From contig CAWHZM010000002.1 of assembly GCA_963833875.1 (NCBI GenBank), positions 1,260,104-1,324,103 of the forward strand: DNA of 64,000 bases, given 5' to 3'. A model generated the notes under the pieces. That model did not search any database and was not told the DNA's origin. It was given only the letters and a program-made list of their open reading frames with translations. Source of the stretch: an uncultured Acidobacteriaceae bacterium. Lineage in GTDB: Bacteria > Acidobacteriota > Terriglobia > Terriglobales > Acidobacteriaceae. Shown in pieces: positions 21,426-31,764 of the stretch (positions within the stretch are counted from its first letter, which is position 1; each line of letters begins with the position of its first letter). The translations under genes were made by a program, and so were the position numbers.

Positions 21426-22226
21426 TTGCTTTCCTTCTATAGGCGTCCATTTGGCTCACCGAATGCCGTGATCTATTCATACGAACTATCAAAATTCTTC
21501 TTGGATAAAAGCATCACTTCAATTTTGGAAGTTGGGTGCGGGATCGGAATCTTTGCCATGCGCTACGCATCGTCCCGCAGCGACATTTCTGTACTAGGGA
21601 TCGACTACTCGGCAAGAACGATCGAATTTCTCGCTTCGAAGTACGGGAAATACTACAAGAATCTGCGGCTCAGTAGCTACGATTTCTGCGAAGAAGGTCT
21701 GTACCTAGGCAATGTTTTTGACGCCGTATATTCGTCGGACGTTCTAGAGCATGTGGCAAATACGCAGGTTTTTGTAGACAACATCTATCGCCACGTGCGT
21801 GTTGGAGGAACGGCTGTGGTAAATTTCCCGAATGAGATGACACATGGCATTAATCATTTCAAAGAAGTTACAGATGTGCGCCGGCTGTTCGCATCATTTA
21901 GCGACGTAAAGATATTTGCTGTTGACATCAGCCATCCCTTAAACAAGTTGTGGTTTAGGACCAGGTCCCTGTACGAGGGCTTATTCTCTCGTTCAACGAA
22001 AGCGGCCCGCAAGCGCCTGTATTCCGAGCGGGAGGAGCAGGGGATCGATTGTTTTGAGGATTCTACTTGTTTCAAGTTTGTGAACAATAAGGGGAAAAGT
22101 TTTCATTTGATAGCATCGATTCTCGCCGAGGCATTTCTTTTGATAAAGCCGGTGTTTGAGGTTCAACAAGTCGAGGATGGCGTTATCCTAAATCGCCCCC
22201 GGCTTGTTATCGTGGCAACCAAATAG
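21426..22226 (+). CDS. class I SAM-dependent methyltransferase
   Basis: 266-aa ORF with ILEVGCGIGIFAMRYA and DAVYSSDVLEHV. Very low local GC (22 G+C in the 60 nt from 21481). Confidence 0.75.
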   Translation: MLSFYRRPFGSPNAVIYSYELSKFFLDKSITSILEVGCGIGIFAMRYASSRSDISVLGIDYSARTIEFLASKYGKYYKNLRLSSYDFCEEGLYLGNVFDAVYSSDVLEHVANTQVFVDNIYRHVRVGGTAVVNFPNEMTHGINHFKEVTDVRRLFASFSDVKIFAVDISHPLNKLWFRTRSLYEGLFSRSTKAARKRLYSEREEQGIDCFEDSTCFKFVNNKGKSFHLIASILAEAFLLIKPVFEVQQVEDGVILNRPRLVIVATK

Positions 22227-22305
22227 CAACGCATTATATGCGTACCATGACAGGAGATTCTCGTTCGCAGGATGCAATGGTCTACTTAATGCGGTTTATC
22301 GTGAA

Positions 22306-23283
22306 TCAAATTAGCATTAGCTGGTGAACTCTCGCCGTAGTACTTTCCCAGGAGAATCGAGCGGCTCGTGATAATCCCCTTTCTCGAAGCTGTTGGCGGA
22401 GTGCGGTTTCGCTTACGATCTGCCTTATTGCCTCGGCGATTTGCTCCACCGAAGTTGGGTCTACAAGCAGAGCAGCGTCTCCGGCAACCTCAGGCAGCGC
22501 TGTGACGTTGGCGGTTACGACAGGAGTGCCGCATGCCATCGCCTCCAGCACCGGCAGACCAAAACCTTCATAAAGAGAAGGGAAGACAAGTGCCACAGCG
22601 CCGCGGTAAAGAGACGGTAATTTTTCTTCCGGCACCACTCCGGTAAAAAAAACCTGCGCTGTCACGTGGTTTCGCTCTATGAATTCTGAAAGTTCGGCCG
22701 TGGATGCCCCCGTAAACACTAGACGTATCTCGGAGGAGAGCCCGGATCTTGAAAACGCTTCGACGACGCGGAACTCGTTCTTGTGGCGCTTGCGGTTGCT
22801 TACACACAGAAGGTAAGGAAATGGGAGTCCGTAAGTATCGTCTGCCGGATGATAGGCAGGATCAACCCCACAGCTTACGTTGAAGATCTTCTCGGACGGT
22901 ACTCCCGACCACTCCACAATCTGCTTGCGCGTAAATTCTGAAATAGTAAGGATACTGAAAGCGCGATGAGCTGCCCATTTGGCGACGGTTGAATAGTATA
23001 GCCGAATGAGCGGGCTGCTATTTTCCGGGCAGTGAATGTGACTTAAATCGCATATCGTAAAAACAAAAGGCGAGGGACAGGAGAGAGGAGTGTTATAACC
23101 CGGCGAAAAAAAAAGATCCTCGGAAGTCAGACTGCGGAGTGCACGCGAGAGCCTCCACGAATCGAGAGCGGCGGCCGGATTCGAGGTGAGTGCAATGGGG
23201 CGATAATCAAGGGAGGCTAGGACATGACGGGCAAAACGTCCGATTCCATGATTTCCTATCCATCGTTGATCGGCGTAAATCAT
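22306..23283 (-). CDS. family 4 (GT-B) glycosyltransferase
   Basis: 325-aa ORF with EGFGLPVLEAMACGTPVVTA. ATGA overlap with the upstream rmd-like gene. Confidence 0.85.
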   Translation of the reverse strand: MIYADQRWIGNHGIGRFARHVLASLDYRPIALTSNPAAALDSWRLSRALRSLTSEDLFFSPGYNTPLSCPSPFVFTICDLSHIHCPENSSPLIRLYYSTVAKWAAHRAFSILTISEFTRKQIVEWSGVPSEKIFNVSCGVDPAYHPADDTYGLPFPYLLCVSNRKRHKNEFRVVEAFSRSGLSSEIRLVFTGASTAELSEFIERNHVTAQVFFTGVVPEEKLPSLYRGAVALVFPSLYEGFGLPVLEAMACGTPVVTANVTALPEVAGDAALLVDPTSVEQIAEAIRQIVSETALRQQLRERGLSRAARFSWESTTARVHQLMLI

Positions 23284-24272
23284 GGCAAGCGCTCTGGCAG
23301 GGAGGCGTTGTCCGTCACAAGATTATCGTCGATCCTGTTCCGCCAGTAGACCAGCAAATCCTTGAGAGTCTCTTGCATTGGAACTTCAGGCTTCCACCCC
23401 GTTGCACGGTGAATCCGCTCGGCGTTGCCTACTACGCGAGGAAGCTCACTGGCTCGGAAGCGCGCAGGGTCAATTTCTATCTCCACTGGAACAAGACAAA
23501 TTTTCACCAGTTCGTTCACGAGATCGGCCAAAACATAGCCTCGACCGGAACACACATTGTAGATCTCCCCGATTACGCCTTTGCGGAGCAGACCGCCATA
23601 GGCTCTAACCACATCCCGGACATCCATGAAATCGCGAGTTACATCGATATTACCGACCTTGAGCACCGGTGGGCATAGCTCTCTTTCCATTTCCGCAAGC
23701 TGCTTGGCGAAAGACGACAGTACAAAGCTGGGAAGTTGACCGGGACCGGAATGATTGAATGCTCGAGCGGTAATGATTCCTCCCGCTCCTGATTTCCGAT
23801 ACTGCACCTTGAGCAATTCTGCCATCGCCTTGCTGGCCGCATAGGGATTGTCAGGGTGTAACGGGCTATCCTCCGTCAACGTACTGTTTGAGGACGCGTA
23901 TACCTGCGAAGTGCTCACGTTGAGAATTATTGGAGGGGAATCCAAGCCCATCGCAGCTTCGAAGAGATTGTAGGTCCCTCTTACATTGACTTCGAATGTA
24001 TATCTGGGGTCTCGCCAGGAGTCCGGCACCGAAGAGATGCTGGCCAGGTGGTAGATGTGGTCGGGTTTGACTGTCCAAAGGATTGATTGAACCTCTTTAT
24101 CATTTCGAATGTCCGCTTTGCGATACTCGATGTCAGATCCTTGACATTCACTCGATGCAACGTCAGGGTCCCGATGCGAAACGACGAAGAGTTGTGCATC
24201 AGTTGATCTCAAAAAACGAATGAGATGGGTGCCGACAAAGCCCGTTCCGCCCGTAATAAGGATTCGCAGCAC
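23280..24272 (-). CDS. rmd: GDP-4-dehydro-6-deoxy-D-mannose reductase-like SDR
   Basis: 330-aa ORF with ILITGGTGFVGTHL, YAASKAMAE, FNHSGPGQ, VGNIDVTRDFMDVRDV, IYNVCSG and TGWKPE. The pattern matches Pseudomonas Rmd as I recall it, and the gene sits directly downstream of a gmd remnant. Confidence 0.7.
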   Translation of the reverse strand: MLRILITGGTGFVGTHLIRFLRSTDAQLFVVSHRDPDVASSECQGSDIEYRKADIRNDKEVQSILWTVKPDHIYHLASISSVPDSWRDPRYTFEVNVRGTYNLFEAAMGLDSPPIILNVSTSQVYASSNSTLTEDSPLHPDNPYAASKAMAELLKVQYRKSGAGGIITARAFNHSGPGQLPSFVLSSFAKQLAEMERELCPPVLKVGNIDVTRDFMDVRDVVRAYGGLLRKGVIGEIYNVCSGRGYVLADLVNELVKICLVPVEIEIDPARFRASELPRVVGNAERIHRATGWKPEVPMQETLKDLLVYWRNRIDDNLVTDNASLPERLP

Positions 24273-24311
24273 TGTTCTGTCGAGCCTTCTAAAGGTAGGG
24301 GTTCGAATGAC

Positions 24312-25294
<983 letters not shown>

Positions 25295-25401
25295 CTTTCC
25301 TTCTCGCGAACAAAAAAGTTTAGCATACCCGTCAGAAAAGATAACGATCCCTGACCGTCAAGTGGCCGTAATCATCGCCTAGCGTGTTTTCAGACGCGCC
25401 G

Positions 25402-28063
25402 TTACTTCAGATGGCAACGGCAGCGCCGGCAAGGCCAGTGTGAAGAAATTTGCGTCCAGTCACGCAATGCGCGGACAATGGCTCCAGTCGGAAGCTTGTA
25501 CGGCACAATAATTTGATCACCGGGATACAAGCGGATATGACCGAATCTCTTGCCGGTAAAAAGACCGTCGACGTTATTGGCGGCAATCACAACGCCATTG
25601 GCGCGCAGCACGAAGGCGTGGTGCAAATCGGACTGGGGTTTTCCCTTGCCAGCCATCTCGAGATAGGCGCCAAGGAATGCGGGTCTCGAAGATGAATGAG
25701 CCGGGATTGTACACATCTCCGATGACTGAGACGGTGGATGGGGTAGGGGAATCGTCAGCGATCATTATCCTCCATCACCATATTGGGGAAATTATTGATA
25801 CCCTTGTCTTGCGGATTTACCGGTAGTGCGACGCGTCCGCTGGCTCGAGTGGTGCGCAGCTGAGTGATGATGGCTCTTGCGCCGCCAGCATTTGGGGCAA
25901 ATTCCCAGGCTGAGCGGAGGCTGCCAGACATCGCCAACTGGCGGATTTGCACCTCCATGGTATTGGCGCGTTCATCCAGGCTCTTTTGCTGATCCATTGA
26001 GTCATTCGCGAGTGAATCGCGAGCCGTAGACATAGGCTTCGGGGTAGTCCGCCGCCCGCCGCAAAACGGACTGGAGGGTTTCATTACCTTTAAATTTGTA
26101 GACACCGGGGCGATTCACTTCGCCTTCGACAATCCGTACTGCGATCGATCCGCCTGGGGACACTAATGTCTCTCTGAGAGAAGATTGTGACGATGTCGCC
26201 CGGCTGCAACTCTAGATTGCTGGCTTCGTCCTTCTCGATAATCGCCTTCCGAGGGCTCATCCAAACAAGCTTCGAGGAGAGATCAACGGGATTGACTCGC
26301 TGGATAATCGCGTAGTCCCAGTTGATTTCGGGAGATAACGGCGGACATCTTCTGTAATATCCTGACTACGTTAGGGTATGGAGTTGATGCCGACATCTGC
26401 ATAGATTGGGGAGCCCCGGTAGCCCCGTTAGTCGACGTGGGTTGTCCATTTGCGGCGGAGTCTCTCCGTTCTCCAAATAAAGCGAGTCGACTCCGTTTGT
26501 AGAACCTGCTCCTGTGAGAAATTCGTCGAGGGATAGTTGTTCTGACCGGTCTCCGTACCCTGAGTACCGGCAAGCGCGCCATTGGGGGTGGCACCGCCGG
26601 GAGGGGCGCCATTGGGAGATGCTGCGCCATTGGGCGTGGTGCCATTCGCTTGTCTTTGATTGGGATGCCGTTGGACGCGGCGTTCTGCAGAGGCTCGGGG
26701 GGAACCGGATATTCGGTTTTGAGGCCATTCACGAGTGCGGCACGGTTCCGCCAATAGCGGCGAGCAGGAGAACCTGAGCATCGGGTATTAAATCCCGGAT
26801 ACGCATCCCCGGCTTCCAAGGATAACGACCTGGATTAGCGACATTGCCGCGCAAGGTTACGGTGTTTTCGAAACGCGGGACAATAGAAAACACATGAACG
26901 ATGTCGCCATCTTTGAGTGGCGAAGCGCGGGACTGATCGTCGTATGAAAGTCGAGGGTTTTGGCGTGCCTGATGGTCCACAAAGCGATCGATCGTAATCT
27001 TCCTGGTGTCGCGGATCGTGCTTAGATCCCCGGCAATCTCAATTAAATCGTTCAAGGTGGAATTGTCTTTGATTTCGTAAATGGCAGGTGAATTCACGGA
27101 ACCTGAGATCGCCACCAATGGACCAACGTGAGGAATGTAGAGAACATCGCCAGGCAGGAGGCGCACGTCCTTCGACTTGTCTCCTTTGACCAGCAGATCG
27201 TAGAAGTCGAAATGGGTAATGGTTTTGCCATCGCGCCTGACTTGAATGTCGCGCAAAGACCCCTGCGGACTGGGCCCGCCGGAGGCGAAAACTGCATTGA
27301 CGAGGGTGCTCAAAGAGCTGATGGTGTAAGTTCCAGGGTAACGCGCATTGCCAACAACAATGACCTGAATCGATCGCAGCCGGCCAATGCTTGCGGTGAC
27401 CGTGAAGTTCTTGAATATCTTCGAGATTTCAGTTTTTAAGTGTTGTTCCAGATCGCCATAGTGGACACCGGCAACAGTGACCTCCCCCACTTGCGGAATG
27501 TATATTTGGCCAGACCGGTCTACCATAACGCGCAAGCTGGCCTCCACTTGGCCCCAAATTTTAATCTGCAGCTCGTCTCCGGGACCGATAATGTAGTCGC
27601 TCGGAACCTGCATCCAGTCGACCGGCGCAAAGGTGCTTGGTGCTTGCACGAACAAGGACTGACCGAACAACGGCAACGGACGGCCGAGCGAGTCGGCCAC
27701 CATCTGTTCGAACTCAGTTTCCGGGCGCGTGGGGCGCGCCGGGTGCCAGACCTGTGAGGGATTCAGCGGTGGCCTGCTTGGGGTGTACTGGTCTGGGCTG
27801 AAACCGTAGGGTGTGCTTAAAACTGGCGTACGTGGGGAGGAACTTGCTGATGCTGCGGCTGATCTTTGACCCTGCTCGCCACTGCATTGGACGCTCCCCG
27901 CCATCATGGGATCGGAACAATCTACCGTTGTGCCTTGCGAACTCAGGCCTTGCGAGTTGGTGCCCTGAGAATTCGAGCCCTGGGAGAAATCATCGAGGGT
28001 TTGTGAATAAGATGGCGCGATCAAAGAAAGTACGAACAACGCATACAACAGCAACTTTTGCAT
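25402..28063 (-). pseudogene. Wza-like polysaccharide export protein (Poly_export + SLBB domains), multiply frameshifted
   Basis: The N-terminal 445 aa are intact from ATG 28063: signal peptide, then PSDYIIGPGDELQIKIWG and SLBB repeats collinear with 34332..37946. Downstream pieces at 26283-26819, 25755-26105, 25574-25765 and 25402-25716 align to the paralogue C-terminus only by switching frames. Confidence 0.75.
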
Positions 28064-28194
28064 GATAAGTTTAGAATCCTGCGGTTCGGGAAGTTTGAGA
28101 CTTCGCCATTCTACATGTAGTAGTAGCGTGATCGCTCTTCTGTATGAGTCTGCTCCCCGTGAGCATCTCCGGCGCGCCAGCATCCCTTCTGCGG

Positions 28195-29319
28195 TTAACT
28201 GCTAAGCGTAACATTCTCCTGCTCCTGGCATTCCAGGCCATTCGTTGAAGCAGAAGACCGCAAATAACCTTTGCGAGCAAATCGAGCCAGCGGCGTTTTC
28301 GATTTCAGCCAAACTCTTAGATTTAAATACAGTGGGTGTAGAAGGCTCATGTAACGAACCTCCAGCGATCTTAACCGTTCGGCACCGGGGGTGTGCAATG
28401 CGTACCCGTGCTCAGGCAGCGCATCCTCAAGGATTACTTCAATGTCTCGGAGCTGGCGAGGGGTGAACACACGTCGCCAGCGACCAACCGGACTTGCTTT
28501 GCTCTCACTGCCATTGCCGCGAAAGGAGGTATTAGGAACTCCGATCATCCCAAAAGCAACTTGCTGAATTTTCACGTAGTCCAGTTCGTGTTCGATGAAT
28601 CGCCCAACTCGCGCCAATGTTTCGCGAGGATGGTCCACCAAGTCTTCATAACGGATCTCCATGTAATCGCTTCCCAGTGCCTGGCCGTAACGGCGGCCTT
28701 TGTTCACAATCCATCTCCAATAGATGGCGCGAGCAATAAGCGCGCGTTTTCGATCCCAGGGCATCGGCCCGAACATGCCCGCGCGCTGCAGAGACGCGGT
28801 GACGTCACGGCCGTCGCGAATAACGTGAATGATGAGGGCGTCGGGAATTTGCTTCTTGATCAGAGGCAGATAGTGCAGATGCCACGGCGTCGACTCGGCC
28901 CAGCGGCGCACACCTTGCTTGCGGGTAATGGCTTCCATCACAATTTGCAGGAAGTCCCCGGCAGTGCGGCAATTTTCCATTACAGCACCAGAGATGTCTT
29001 CCGGAACGAGCCCGGAATCCCGAAACACGTGGCTGGTTAAGTAAGCATCCAGCAATCGCCGGCGATTGCGCCTCCTTGCCAGGTTGCCGAAACACAAGCC
29101 GAGCAGGTTGTAGGCGTTGCTCTCGGCATGAGTCACGGCGAACCCGCCGGCGGAAAGCAATGCAGAATACAGGAGTTTGGTGCCGCATCGCCCGCTGCCC
29201 AGAACAAACACTGGGGCTACGCTACGTGCTCTTCGTCCAAATTGCGGACCTACTCCTTGCCCACCCTCAAAAGTGACACTTTGTTCCACGCTTAGGTTCT
29301 CCTCGTTTTCTTCAATCAC
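28195..29319 (-). CDS. PAPS-dependent sulfotransferase family protein
   Basis: 374-aa ORF with a 5'-PSB-like VLGSGRCGTKLL and a 3'-PB-like IHVIRDGRDVTAS. First gene of the minus-strand operon containing wza*/gmd*/rmd/GT4. Confidence 0.8.
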   Translation of the reverse strand: MIEENEENLSVEQSVTFEGGQGVGPQFGRRARSVAPVFVLGSGRCGTKLLYSALLSAGGFAVTHAESNAYNLLGLCFGNLARRRNRRRLLDAYLTSHVFRDSGLVPEDISGAVMENCRTAGDFLQIVMEAITRKQGVRRWAESTPWHLHYLPLIKKQIPDALIIHVIRDGRDVTASLQRAGMFGPMPWDRKRALIARAIYWRWIVNKGRRYGQALGSDYMEIRYEDLVDHPRETLARVGRFIEHELDYVKIQQVAFGMIGVPNTSFRGNGSESKASPVGRWRRVFTPRQLRDIEVILEDALPEHGYALHTPGAERLRSLEVRYMSLLHPLYLNLRVWLKSKTPLARFARKGYLRSSASTNGLECQEQENVTLSS

Positions 29320-30044
29320 AACGACGAAAGATGGAGATCCAATGAAGCGAAGAGTGCCAACTCCAGCTTGCTTTCGAACACAGTGTTCAGCCCCCCTGAG
29401 TTACCGAACTAGACCGACCAATTCACTTGCTCAAAACAGTGAAAGAAACTCGGACCTGCCTCCATCCATTGGCAGGACAATTCAGCTTGACAGCGAATTC
29501 AGAAACTTGGAAGAGCGAGTGCTTTTCTACTAAGTAACTTTCTAGACTCTGGTTCGAGCCGTAGTTGCACTGCAAAAAGCTTCACCGGGGCCGAAGTGCT
29601 GAACGCCTCTGGAACGGAAGAATATTTGCAGATTTAAACGGGCGAAGCGAAATTGTATCGCATTGCCCCCATCCCGTCCACAGACCTTGTTGACTGAATC
29701 GTGGCGCGTGAGAATGGTGTGCGGCGTGGTCTTGTAGCCAAAATCGATTATCCAGCCGGAGAGGTCATCCGTCGGGCTGGCATGCCAATCAATACTCGCA
29801 AGCCCACCTTAATAACCCAAGTTTCTTCATTTTAACCTCGTGGTATTACCCGGGGAAATTTGTCGAACTCGGGGCACTGCTGGGGGTGTACGCAGGGCCA
29901 GCTTACTTGTCACGACATCCTACCAAAAAATCAGTCTTCAAGGACAGAGATTATTTCGTTTGTGGGTACAACCGCACTTCCTACACTTATTAGATTCTCA
30001 GGCGCACGCTTAATGCGGCCGCACGTTCTAATTCCACGTACTCG

Positions 30045-31490
30045 CTAACGCGAAATCAAAACCGCAGTAACCGCGAACGGATATTCGCCGTCCACGACAT
30101 CACCGGTCACCGACAACGCTCCGGTTGACGAGATGCCCATGGCAACAAGTTTCCCGGGAGTTAGGCAAGGCGGGGATCCATTGCAATATGCGTGTATCGC
30201 AAGCAGGAAATGCCCAGTGGGGTCGAGCGCTGCTCCCACAAGATAATCCTCCCCGGTAAGAAAAGGCGACCCTGCAATCTCGGTGAGCTCGCCGGAAGAA
30301 GCATCGATTTGGAACACGCGGATGCGCGCCGCCTCCACTGAATCCGAAACGGGCGCGAACAGGAACGATCCATCGGCACTAACGAGGAGCTGCACAAAGC
30401 CATCCGACAACTGCTGTCCGTTGGAGAGAATGTTTGTTTCATAGGTGCCCTCTCCACCCATGGCGTACCGGAAGATACGGTTGCTGGGAAGATCCAGCGC
30501 ATATACGAAACTGCCATCGGGGGTGGGAGCGAAGATGCCCGTACTGATCGAATCTCCTGCGAAATACTGTTCCGCGCCCAATAGCCCCTGGGAGCGAACG
30601 AAGCTGCTCAATTCGTTGAGTGGTTCACCCACCTGCGCGATTGAGGTTTGCAAAAGAAATGCGTTTGCATTGCTCAGCATCAGCACTCCACTGTTCCGGC
30701 ACTGACCATCACTCGCTTGCGCCGCATTGCAAGGCGCCGGAGGAGGCACTGTTTCCTCGATCGGCGGCAAAGGAGTCAACCCGCCGATTCCATCCGTAAA
30801 ACCAAATAGCCCCTCATCGGTGGTTGCGTACACATAGGTTTCGTCGCTGGCGAGACTTAACGACTCGTCTGCAGCGACCGTTGCCGAAGCACCCACCGGT
30901 CGCAGCGTCCCGTTCGGTTCGATCGCGTAGGATTGCAATCTCGCGGTAGACTCGCTGATTGTCTTGGGCGACGCGATTACCAAACCGTGAGCGGTGCCCG
31001 TCATCGCAGCGGGTTTCAGGTTTTGCACTACCGACACCAACTGCCCGTCGGCAAGCAGAGCAAATTCTGAGGTCAGTGCGAGCGTGTCTGGCGTAAAAAC
31101 ATAGGCCAAAATACTTGTTCCGGCGCTTGCCGGCGCGAAAATCGGCGCAACATTTTGTGCCGAAGCCATAGTCACGCTGCACGTGCTGGTTCCCGAGCAG
31201 CTTCCCCGCCACCCGCCAAAGAAATACGTGCTGCGGGGGGTCGCCCGCAGCTTCACTTTCGTGTTCTCAGGAAACGCCGCCCTGCACCTTGAAGGACAGC
31301 TGATGCCCGGAGGATTGCTGGTTACAGTTCCCGCTCCTCCGGCCGGCGGTGAAACGGTCAACTGATAAGACGGAACGGTCGGCTGAGTTGACGAGGTTGA
31401 TCCTGCGCCTGCTCCGCATCCGGTAAAAAAAATTGAAGAGAGGGCCACCAACGTGCCCACGAAAAAGATACGCAATATTAATGCGACCAC
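30045..31490 (-). CDS. lipoprotein with InlB-B-repeat-like N-terminal domain and beta-propeller-like C-terminal region
   Basis: Lipobox FFTGCGAG. YQLTVSPPAGGAGTVTSNPPGISCPSRC...GGWRGSCSG resembles the divergent InlB B-repeat. The remainder is repetitive and beta-rich. Function unknown. Confidence 0.5.
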   Translation of the reverse strand: MVALILRIFFVGTLVALSSIFFTGCGAGAGSTSSTQPTVPSYQLTVSPPAGGAGTVTSNPPGISCPSRCRAAFPENTKVKLRATPRSTYFFGGWRGSCSGTSTCSVTMASAQNVAPIFAPASAGTSILAYVFTPDTLALTSEFALLADGQLVSVVQNLKPAAMTGTAHGLVIASPKTISESTARLQSYAIEPNGTLRPVGASATVAADESLSLASDETYVYATTDEGLFGFTDGIGGLTPLPPIEETVPPPAPCNAAQASDGQCRNSGVLMLSNANAFLLQTSIAQVGEPLNELSSFVRSQGLLGAEQYFAGDSISTGIFAPTPDGSFVYALDLPSNRIFRYAMGGEGTYETNILSNGQQLSDGFVQLLVSADGSFLFAPVSDSVEAARIRVFQIDASSGELTEIAGSPFLTGEDYLVGAALDPTGHFLLAIHAYCNGSPPCLTPGKLVAMGISSTGALSVTGDVVDGEYPFAVTAVLISR

Positions 31491-31764
31491 ATCCCACCCC
31501 AGTGTCCGGTCCAGCGTACTTTAGATGCGGAAGAGTTCCTAAGAGTAGTTTGGCTAGACCGATAGTTTATTCAAGAAAAATTCCCCTTCTTAAACTTGCC
31601 AGACCGCAAGTGAGACCCGCCATTTGCGGCGCAAGGCAAGGAGTTGTCAGTCGCCTTGAACGAAGGATTGGGGGGCGTGACAGAAAAGCACGATTTTAAA
31701 AATAAGTGCGGCTGGCGACGAAACCGTGCTCTACAATTTTTACTCCAAGAAGCCGCGATTTCAA

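Noticed and set aside
26283-26819. Overlapping 178-, 120- and 117-aa ORFs as independent low-complexity secreted proteins
   Set aside because: They are alternative frames of the same stretch of the broken wza-like gene. Pieces align to the paralogue when the frames are joined.
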